A DNA stretch of 42,022 nt from Basidiobolus ranarum (Eukaryota): the NCBI GenBank assembly GCA_040143965.1, contig JASJQH010000035.1:1-42022 (forward strand), given 5' to 3'. Every line of letters starts with the position of its first letter. The first letter of the stretch is position 1. The position numbers and the translations under genes were made by a program. The notes below the pieces were generated by a model. It did not search any database and was not told where the DNA came from. It was given only the letters and a program-made list of their open reading frames with translations. This document shows positions 1 through 10,158 of this stretch, in pieces.

Positions 1-552
1 GGCACCACGGTTGATCATATCGAAGACACGACCAGGAGTACCAACAACAACGTGAACACCAGCTTCCAACTTTTGGATATCTTCACGGACGGTTCTACCA
101 CCAATACAAGCGTGACTTTCGATGTTCATGAAATCACCAATGGCCATAAGGACCTTTTGGATTTGTTGAGCCAACTCACGAGTAGGGGCAAGAACAAGAG
201 CTTGGCATTGCTTGATTTCAACGTCGAGAGATTGAAGGATAGAGATGGAGAAAGTGGCAGTTTTACCAGTACCGGATTGAGCCTGAGCAATAACATCGTG
301 CTTCTTAATAACGGGAAGAATAGCACGTTGTTGAATAGCGGAAGGACGTTCGAAACCGTAGGCGTAAATACCACGGAGTAATTCGTCACGAAGGTTCATG
401 TTATCGAAGTTGTCAACAACTTCGTCCCAGTTGGTTTGGATTTCACCACCAACATCGTCCAAAGAAATAGGTCCACTAGAAACGAGACATGTGAGTTAAA
501 GCAATACTTGTAAACAATCTTCGCAAAGAGTATGTTACCTGTTATCAGCCAT
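1..552 (-). CDS. TIF1: Translation initiation factor eIF4A (DEAD-box helicase), 5' part; runs off the window
   Basis: Exon 552-539 (ATG GCT GAT AAC AG), GT-AG intron 538-476, then exon from 475. Reads [80 protein letters not shown], i.e. Q-motif and Walker A; motifs Ia (PTRELA) and Ib (TPGRV) follow. Confidence 0.96.
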
Positions 553-1156
553 ATTGTAAAGAGTAAAGAAAATCAAGCAAGAAGCTGAGGCAAAGAAGGA
601 CACGCTTACTTTGAACGTATTAAACTTACCACTAATCCGTCTTCCTTCGCTGATTGGGCAATTCTATTTCACAGTAGTGAAAAAAAAGTAGAAAAAAAGA
701 AAAGGATTTTTTCCTTATTGACCTCCTGAATCGCTAATCGCTAATCCCTATCCTTAATTAGTGATACATAATAATTAAATGACCAAAGTAAACTCATAAG
801 CCTAAATCCAGGTAATAGTAATAGTAACTACATCATGTACACCTCAAACACCACCCCATTTCTCAGCAACATGTGGTAATCGTTACAACATTAACAAACA
901 ACCCACGTGTTGGGAATATCACGTAAATTAGACATAAACAAAGTGTGCTTAAAACAAGGTTTAAATCAAGCAATTGCAAAATTTACGCATTTAAATTAAG
1001 CAAATGTACAATCCTAATTTGGGAAAAAAAAGTGGAAAAAAAACAAGTTTCATATGGTCCCCACTGTGACTAGATGATGACCCCGTTTCAAAAAGCACAA
1101 AATCCAGTGCTCAATCTTCCGTAACGTCCCTTTTTTCCCCTCTCTAGCATACCAAC
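553..1156. promoter_or_regulatory. Divergent promoter region shared by eIF4A and RPL23
   Basis: Head-to-head start codons 604 bp apart. Contains poly(dA) tracts, CACGTG at 904, TGTGACTA at 1065-1072 and a pyrimidine tract just before the RPL23 ATG. Confidence 0.6.
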
Positions 1157-1788
1157 ATGTCTAAGCGTGGTACGTATTAAGTTGATTTCTTAGACGAAGT
1201 AAATATGACCATAACAATAGAGTAGATAGAATGTAGTAGACAAGATGACGGATGGATGGATATTGATAGCCCTAGATAAATACACAATTCACTCGACCAT
1301 GGTCATATGTTACTTCGACTTGGATTATTGATGTAGCGATGAACCCTTATTTACCGTATTGTTTTTGAAATACATTAGGACGCGGAGGAGCTTCTGGTAA
1401 TAAATTTCGCATGAGTCTCGGTCTCCCTGTCGGTGCCGTTATCAATTGCGCTGACAACTCCGGTGCCAAGAACCTTTACATCATTGCCGTCACTGGTATT
1501 AAGGGTCGCTTGAACCGTCTCCCCGCCGCCGGTGTTGGAGATATGGTCATGGCTACTGTCAAGAGGGGTAAGCCCGATCTCCGTAAGAAAGTTATGCCTG
1601 CTGTTGTCATTCGTCAACGTAAGGCTTGGCGTAGACGCGACGGTGTCTTCCTTTACTTTGAAGATAACGCCGGTGTCATTGTTAACCCTAAGGGTGAAAT
1701 GAAGGGTTCCGCTATCACTGGACCTGTTGGTAAGGAGTGCGCTGATCTTTGGCCCAGAATTGCCTCCAGCTCTGGTACTGTTTGCTAA
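1157..1788 (+). CDS. RPL23: 60S ribosomal protein L23 (uL14)
   Basis: Exon 1157-1169, GT-AG intron 1170-1378, exon 1379-1788. Gives [38 protein letters not shown]...[37 protein letters not shown]. Confidence 0.98.
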
Positions 1789-2219
1789 GCTAGAGTTCAT
1801 TACATAACCTTCACTCAGATTCTTCTTAAAGCGCAATAAACTTGTCACTGATGGAAATATCAAATAATTTTTGTAATGATTAGTATCTCGAGTATCCAGT
1901 TCGAATAGAAATATTATTATATCGCGATTGAGTTCTAGTTTGAATTAATCCATATCCAAACATGTTATTATCCATTGGTTAGATTTAAAGTACCACGATT
2001 ATTTATAAGTGGAAGTAGAAGTGGAATAATTCTTCTAATCTGTTCTAGGTGAGAAATGAATCTGACCTTTGATATTGTGGCTTATATACAATAGTATAAA
2101 TTATTGGAATGAAGTATTCTGTGAAGAACTGCAAAGTTTCACCATTTTTTGATTGATTCCACAAATTCTATATATTCTCATTCCCTTGCTCCAGTTTATT
2201 TAGACCACGGTGAATAAAT

Positions 2220-4842
2220 ATGGCTGATGCATATCAGCCTTTACACACAACCTCGGGTTTCGAAAGTATGGATATTGTTGAGGGGCACGAGTATCAACAA
2301 ACCCAACCAAGGTAGACTCAAACCTATCCTTTAAAAATTCTTCAACCATTGACAAATTTCTCTTAAATATCTACACCCTTGCCCTTCCTGCAAAAAAAGT
2401 TCTGGCAATACCCGCGAGAATAATAAATTCGATGAAGACATGAAGGAGAATAAACCCAGAGTCAACAAACTATTTTTCAGACGCTTGGGAAAAGTCTTTC
2501 GAATCCTCTTTTCCTTTAGACGCCCAAATTTAACCACCATTCTATTCTTTACTATGTTAATAGTCAGTGTTCTAGATGAGGTGGTTATTTATTTTACAGG
2601 TACACTTACCAGTCATTTCTACGAAAAACTTGGTAAACGCGACTACCGTGGGTACCTATTTTTACTGGCATACGCGGGATTTCTTTTGACTTTGGCCGCG
2701 CTGGTAAGTAGCGAAATTTTCTTTGAATGGGTCAAAATGAGATCACTTTAACTGGTTATATATACACATAGGGAAAGAGCAGTGTAATATACGTTGGAAA
2801 CTGTTTCCAAGTACAAGTTCGACGAACTTTGTCACAATTCATACAAAATAGATACATTCAACAAACAGTATTTTACAAACTCATCAGTCACGAGCTTGTT
2901 GATAACCCGTGAGTATATGAAGAGAACTTGAGTGAATCTCACAAATACTTATGATCAAACCTTCTTCGTAGGGACCAACGTATCACACAGGATGTAGAGA
3001 AGTTTGCTTTTGAGTTTGGCGAAATAGCGCAGAATATCATCATCACTCCATTCATGATCGTATATTACACTTACAAGAGTTGGTCTATATCCGGGTTTGT
3101 GGGCCCGCTGTCCGTGTATTTATACTTCGTATTAAGCATAGCGGTGAATAAGTTTTTGCTGGACCCGATCGTAAAGTTCATTTATTTGAAAGAAAGTTAT
3201 GAAGGAAATTATAGGTATGTTCTCCGCCTATGTCGCTGAGGGTATAAGTGACGAATTTAACTAGCTTATAAGATATATGCATGTCCGTGTGAGAACCATG
3301 GCTGAGTCGATTGCTTTCTATGGAGGAGAAAAGGAAGAGAAGAAGCAACTAGATCAATCACTTTCGGCGTTGATTCGTTGTCAGCTTAAGATTGTTAGGA
3401 GGCAGTTTTTCTTGGACAGTAGGTTCACCTCTACTGCTAATTTTACGAACCACATCTAAATTCGTTTCTTTCAAAAGCCGGTACTCAACTGTATTCGTAT
3501 TTTGGATCCATACTAAGCTACATCATCATCGCTATCCCTATATTCATTACGCACAAGTATGACTCTGTGGAGAACGCAGACTTGAGTGCATTGATTAGCA
3601 AGGTAGATGTTGGTTCGCCAATCTTGTGTTGATTTTCAGCATTTAACTCGGATTTGGACGTTGTTTAGAACGCCTTTCTGATCATGTACCTCACTTACAA
3701 ATTCTCCGTCGTTGTACAACAAGCGAAGAGGTTTACTGATGTTGCAGGATATATCGCTCGTATCGGGCAGATGCTAGAGGCAGTGAATGACATCAATAGT
3801 GAGATCGAAAATCAAAATATTGAATACCCCTATTCAGATACTTCAGAGTGGGTGATCCAATTCTATTTTAATCTCGCTCTTATTACAGTTGCTGATGGCT
3901 TTGCATGAATTAGATATGCTGCTGATTCGATTACTTTAAAGGGTGTGAGCTGTGTTACTCCTACTGGAAAGCATCTTTATTCAGGTAACGTATTTCTTCA
4001 AGGGTGTGATGATGGAACTGCCTTGACTAACCGATTCATGACCAGGCCTGAGTTTCGAAATTCAACAAGGCGAGAATCTTTTCATTACCGGACCAAATGG
4101 ATGTGGTAAAACCTCTCTATTGAGGATGATCTGTGGATTGTGGCCCTGTAATGAAGGTAGCCTAGATATAGATAATTTTGTTCTCGGAAACAAGAGAATA
4201 ATAATATTCCTGTAGGACATATATCAACGCCTCCTCTGAGGAATGCTCGGGATGTGTTGTTCCTTCCTCAAGTACCTTATCTTGCATTTGGTACTCTAAG
4301 AGATCAGATCGTGTACCCTGGATATCCCGATGGAAGACCAATTTCAAGTATGTTATTTGTTCAGCCCCTGGTATAAAGCTCGTAGTAATCGGTATATACA
4401 ATAATATAGTTGATGACGGAGAGATGCGTAATTTACTGAAAGAAGTAGATCTATGTGATCTTGAAGAGGATATCACCTTCGATAAGGACTTTGGTCAACA
4501 CTGGGATAAATATCTATCCCCTGGACAACAACAACGACTAGCTTTTGCACGTTTGTTCTACTGGAGACCGCGCTTTGCTAGTAAGTCACTCTCTGTTATT
4601 CTCCAAAAGAAAAGTAACTGATTATCTTTGTTACAATAGTTCTTGATGAGGCTACCAGTTCATTAGATTCGAAGACCGAAGAACGCCTGTTCCGTAAATG
4701 TAATGATCTTGGAATAACATGTATCTCAGTTAGCCATAATATCAATATTCAGAAATACCACCAAAATGCCCTTATATTCGATGGACGTGGAGGATTCAAA
4801 TTTGTTCTCTCTTGTAATCAACCCGACCTGCTAGAGTTTTAA
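2220..4842 (+). CDS. ABC transporter subfamily D half-transporter, ABCD4-like
   Basis: About 12 exons joined by GT-AG introns. TM region, [12 protein letters not shown] motif, EAA-like motif [15 protein letters not shown], Walker [10 protein letters not shown], signature [16 protein letters not shown], Walker [12 protein letters not shown]-loop ISVSH; stop TAA at 4840-4842. Confidence 0.88.
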
Positions 4843-5203
4843 TAAACCAGTTATCTTTTTTGACTGAATCTCCCTTTTCTTTTTCCAAGAAAGATTAGTT
4901 ACTTCAATTGGCATATTACCAACCTGGGCAAGTCAAGAAATAGCCAAATATGGGCAAAGTTGTCCTATTGCCACTATCGCTAACCAGCAAAGTAAATCAC
5001 GTAAACTGGCTTTGAAAATTCACCCCCTTATTTATGATCTCAGATGACGACTCAATGGGCTGTTAGTTTCATTACTTTAATGATTCAAGTCTCGAATTGA
5101 AAAAAAGGAACATATACAGTACATACTTATATTCTAATAAACATACAATGGAAAAAGATAGAAGAGAAGCTTATTAGTAAATCATAATATCTATACGATA
5201 TAT

Positions 5204-6010
5204 CTAACTATTGAAGATTCTGGAGTAAAGGTGATCATGAGTCCCTTGAATGATATCTAATAAAGGTGAGGATTGAGCAGCATCCTCTGGTTGGATTTCA
5301 CAACATAATTTCCAGGCTTCCTCGGTAAAGCTTTGGCACTGAGACAGAAGAGTTTGTGCGAAGTAAGGTCCAACCAAATTAAGACGTACAGCGGCCGAAA
5401 TGATGGCACGTACAAATAAGAAGAGGAAAAGCTCTTGAGTGTTACCTAACATTGGAAATAATAATTGAATATTAGTCTATCGAATGTATAATAAGGAAAT
5501 CGAATCTGATAACTTACTTAAACTAATGTTTAAATGTTGACAAGCCATACCAAAGCAGACTGGAAGGTGACCACCAATTCTTCCTAATCTGACTTGTTGC
5601 TTCAACCTAGTTGCTAAAACGGACTTGGAGAGTTCACCAAAACTCTTGTACAGAAGCATCAACATAGCGGTTCCTTGGGCTTTGGAAGCTCTTTTGGTAA
5701 TTGTGTTGGGGGTAGAGGCTTCATAAAAGTCATCTAGTTGGATAAGTTGCTCATATTTCTCTTCATCGCTGAGTTCGGCAGACTCCGAGATTTGATACCC
5801 TTTGGTAACGAAAGGAAGAGTAGAAAAGGCATAATTATGTACACTTGAGGAAATGAATTTCAAAAGTGTCTCTTCACTGTGAACATAACCAGCTTGGACG
5901 GAAGCCTCCAGACCAGAGGAAGCTACAAAACCACCAGTTGGTAATGCAGAATCAGCCATCATCCATAAGAGCCAATTTTCATGTTGAGAGCTAGCGGTGA
6001 AGATACCCAT
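5204..6010 (-). CDS. ureF: Urease accessory protein UreF
   Basis: Exons 6010-5518 and 5445-5204 with one GT-AG intron. Motifs DSALPTGGFVASSGLEA, ISAAVRLNLVGP and C-terminal HDHLYSRIFNS are typical of eukaryotic UreF. Confidence 0.95.
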
Positions 6011-6828
6011 GATAGTTCGGTATTTACAATGTAGAGGCAATAGTTTTAAAAGAAAACGCTGAAGCTTTCTAGGGATGCGTCTGTCCTAGTATTTATACTG
6101 AGAAATTTAGATGTTTCGCGTAGATTATAAACAATCATTTGAGGCCAAACCATCAATTCCTTTACCAGTAATTTCAATCCAAGCTTACCTTATTTGGTCA
6201 TTTTATATAAGGAAATCCCCTATGTATTTACTTGGAAAGGAATATTCCCGTTTGATGCTCTACCAATCAGACCAAAAAAAGTAATCCAGGACTTTCCGGC
6301 TCCAACTCATTACCCAAGGAGGAAAATTTGATAGGTAGAATGGAATGGCTAGAGTCATCCCCTAGCTGGTATGACCCAAATCGAGCATATAGGGAAATCC
6401 CATTTGTGACATTGATTTACATAAGGATGGCTTTTCAAATTGCATCAAGGATTTACAATTTACCGGATTGTGAAAGATTTTGATTAGAGAGCATGCTGAA
6501 ATGGATTTATTTTTGGATTACCAGTCTATGGTTTTACTCAGTAATGTCTTGAAACTTAGTCAAGTTGCTAATGCGCCTTTATACTTGTTTTTTGCTCTTT
6601 TTTTGCCTCTCATTAACATCTTAATCTCAACGATTGACACAACTGAACAAAGGGCTTTTGAAGAATATTTCATGGTCTAAAGTACTTATTTTTAAGGTTG
6701 CAAAAATAAAGTGAAGAATATCTTGAAACAGGTTTTTAAATAGTATATATATAGAAAAGTGGTGAATGAAGAGACAAGTTTTGAGGGTTGATATTCTCCA
6801 AAATGTATCAGAGATAAACCAGATTTAC

Positions 6829-7811
6829 TTAGTAGGGGGCAAAATAACCACGACGTCCCCTAGATGAGTAGTAATATGGTTAATTGTGTGATTAGTTTCT
6901 AACATTCAAACTTCATCTACAAACCTATGCGTGGCACGACCTCCACGGAATCCTCCACGAAATCCTCTACCACGTCCTCTACCGCGAGTCATGCCCGGGA
7001 CGTTGGTTCGTTTTGGTGTGACCTAGAGTAAGGAATTGTAAATGAATAACTTATAGATGATATAAAATCCTAGAGAATGAATGTACTTTGAGCAGACGGC
7101 CTCGGAAAAGTGATTCGTTCAAAACCATAGCGTTGGTTACTGAGGAAGTGTCAGCAAACTCGATATACGCGTAACTAAATATGATTCAGAAATATTTATG
7201 TCAACTAATAATCTTCGTTTCAGATATTAAAATTGTTGACATACCCTTTAGGGTGACCACTCCATTTGTCACAAATAATAGTAATACGATTAATAGTACC
7301 ACAAGATTGGAAGTGAGCTTGTAGTTCTTCAGGAGTAGAGCCATAGTCAACCTATGTACCAAATAGTATATTAGTAAGAGTAGAGTATATCGATGAAATG
7401 AGTGAAGTTTATCCTATGTACATTTCCAACATAAATGGAGCGAGAATCAAGTGTCTCTTGATCGTCTAATAAAGAAGCAGGAATGTGTCAGTTTATATAT
7501 GGATCTAACCCTAAAATCCAAATGTTACATACCTGATGAAGCATTCATACTCATTTCTTGCTCAACTTGGGCTTGCATCTCTCTTAGTTTGGCTGCTTCC
7601 TGCTCCATTTCTTGAACACGTTGCTTCATAGCTTCCAGTTCCTAAAAATGGCAATAGAAATAGATTAGTCATGAGCATATGAACCTTTTTAGTGATAAAG
7701 AACGATCGGTACTTCATCAACATCGGCAATATCCACGTTATTTTCGGTGGGTTCTTGAGGGATTTCAGCCCCATTAACTTCGCTGGTGATGTTGTTTTCT
7801 TTATCTGACAT
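6829..7811 (-). CDS. PAB2: Nuclear poly(A)-binding protein 2 (PABPN1/Pab2-like RRM protein)
   Basis: Seven exons. Coiled coil [77 protein letters not shown], then [11 protein letters not shown] and an RG-rich tail ending RGYFAPY*. Confidence 0.93.
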
Positions 7812-8407
7812 TATCTATTGATTAAACAAATAATATTGACGGATTAAATTTACTTTCGTAGAATGTAACGGAAAAGACGAATAACGATGACATCTAATAA
7901 ATTATTTTTTCCTCAACTTACCTACTATGTGGTATATTTGTGTTCGTGTATATTGTTTGCCTTGGGAAAAGGAAGGATAGGATGGTAATGATTTAATATA
8001 GTAAAAAAAAATCACTCAGATGTTTAGCATACGAGATAGTAAACCTTGGCCCAATACTGATTAATATTTGCTTTTTTATTTTGCCCTATTGTTGCTAGTC
8101 TTCGAGAATCTCCTTTTTTTCCCTTTGAATTACGATTATCCTTTTTGATCACGTGAATTTACAATACTCATGATGAAATAATTTATTCAATAGTAAAGAT
8201 GGATTACACCTTTCCTAAGTGTCAGATAACAAAGGGATTTACAAATATATCGTCTAAAGTTATACATTTTATCAGGTGTTAGGGTTAAAATCATATAGGT
8301 GTTGTTAATTCAAGTACAATCAAAATGTTCACAGCCTCTAATGAAAGAAGTGGCACTAAATATAACTTTAAGGAGTCAACATATATCTTACAAATAATAA
8401 GGTGTCC

Positions 8408-9245
8408 CTATTTCCCAATAAAGTTTCTACGTTGGTCTAGTTTCATGGCAGACATACTATGGTTATTGGATTTCTTTAATTTGTTTGCTTCGCGAATAGC
8501 CAGAGTGATCTTATCAAGGTCAGTTTCCAGAACCTGTAAAGGAACTATTGTTAGGTTTGGCAAAGGGTTGCTTTTCATTTCCTTTTTAAAATTACCATTC
8601 CACCAGTTACTACTTCTGATAAAACATGGTGAATCTATAAAAAGAGGGATTAGTAAGGTTAAGAGGTAAAAATATTTGGTCACAAAGGAGGTTACCTCTT
8701 CCCAATGGAAAATCTGAGTAAGTTGGGTTGTCCAAGGAATAAATATTATGTTTAGAGAGGTCCATGAAATATTGATACGCATTCTATTTTATAAATACCA
8801 AATCTAGTTCGCAAACATTTTCAAAGCAACGATCCAAGCTTTCAACAAACACCTACAAGTGAAAAGTTAATAGGTTTCGCGATGTGAGAAAGTTAAAGCT
8901 TCATTAACTCACTTGGATTAAGTCTAAAATGCCTAGTTCACTCTCAGAGGAATCCACCACAAATACAAAATACAAAGTCGCATAGTTTCGATATATAATA
9001 CGAGTATCAGGTCCGCCTAAGAGTGTGCTTCCTTCAAGAAAATTACATTCAGTGTCTAACCGCTCAGAAACTAGGCTAAATATTTCTTCAACAATCTTCT
9101 GTTGTATCGAAACATCCTGGCAGAGGAAAGGTAAGTTGTAAAGCGGTGTGCACTATTGTAAGAAAAATATACTTACAATCTGTTGGTAAAATTTCAACAA
9201 GCGAGGTTTGCCATGGTTATTGAATATCAAGACTGATTTAATCAT
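8408..9245 (-). CDS. APS3: AP-3 adaptor complex sigma subunit
   Basis: Six exons including an 18-nt micro-exon (8713-8696, IFHWEE). Reads MIKSVLIFNNHGKPRLLKFY...YRNYATLYFVFVVDSSESELGILDLIQVFVESLDRCFENVCELDLIFHW...GGMVLET. Confidence 0.95.
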
Positions 9246-9513
9246 GGTCGTTGAGGTTCAAGACCAAAGGTTTTTACAGTCATTAAAGGGAGTGGTGATT
9301 ATATCGCTAATCAATGTGAACAGATCGGGGATTCGTCATAACAAGGTAATAAAATAAAGCAATAAAATCCAAATCAGCAAAAATAGATTCACTAAAACGA
9401 ACTCATAATCAACACTTTATTGGCATTTATTTAGGATATATTTATCAGACTAACAGGGATGGGATGCTTTGAGGTAAAACAAAGAATTAGTTCGGAATGG
9501 AGAAAGTGGGATT

Positions 9514-10158
9514 TTAGTTGACTTCAGCCATGCGATCGGGACAATCGTTCTTGATATGACCAGACTCACCACATCCGTAGCAGACTTGACCTACCTGTGA
9601 GCATTCAGTGGAGATGTGACCAGTCTTACCGCAGCTGTAGCATTTACTTTCATTTGTGCAGTCCTTTGATCGATGGCCAAATTCACCACAAGTAAAGCAT
9701 GACTTGTTAAACTTTCCAACATTTTCAGGACATCCAATGGCATAGTGTCCCGATTTACCGCACTTGTAACATTCTGGCCCGTCAGTAAGTGTTACAGGAC
9801 ACTCGCGCGATAAGTGGTCGGTAGATTCACAGCGATAGCATTTTTTGGTTGCAGCTGGCTCATCGCAGTCACGACTGAGGTGACCAGTTTCATTGCAATT
9901 ATAACTAAGGAAGGTTAACGTGTTTAGCAAAAATAAAGGCATAGGTCATGCTTAATTCTTTAATTACCAGACAGGCTCTGTTTTGCTGCATTGTTTGGCT
10001 TGGTGTCCTGGTGCGCCACAATTATAACATATAGAGTACCCGGCCCTACGCGGGGTAGTTCTATCGTTTCGAGTATTGGTCGGAATTTTGGCTAATTTGT
10101 TGAGGGGAAAGGTAGTTGAGTTAACGGAGGACTGAAGTCTGGATGTGACTTTCTGCAC
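9514..10158 (-). CDS. CNBP/Gis2/Byr3-like protein with seven CCHC zinc knuckles; start codon unresolved
   Basis: Seven CX2CX4HX4C motifs across two exons (GT-AG intron about 9968-9906). No in-frame ATG lies before knuckle 1, so the 5' coordinate given is just the GTG of the ORF track. Confidence 0.85.

Noticed and set aside
52-1863. ORFs 52-381(+), 126-389(-) and 1375-1863(-)
   Set aside because: Antisense or alternate-frame shadows of the strongly codon-biased eIF4A and RPL23 genes.
2220-6010. ABCD4-like plus UreF as a metal-cofactor gene cluster
   Set aside because: Convergent orientation, different pathways (cobalamin versus nickel), and no other pathway genes nearby.
7023-7086. PAB2 intron with TTCCTTAC near its 3' end as a fourth U12 intron
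   Set aside because: The donor is GTACAT (U2-type), the motif lacks the second A and is only 5 nt from the AG. At most a relic.
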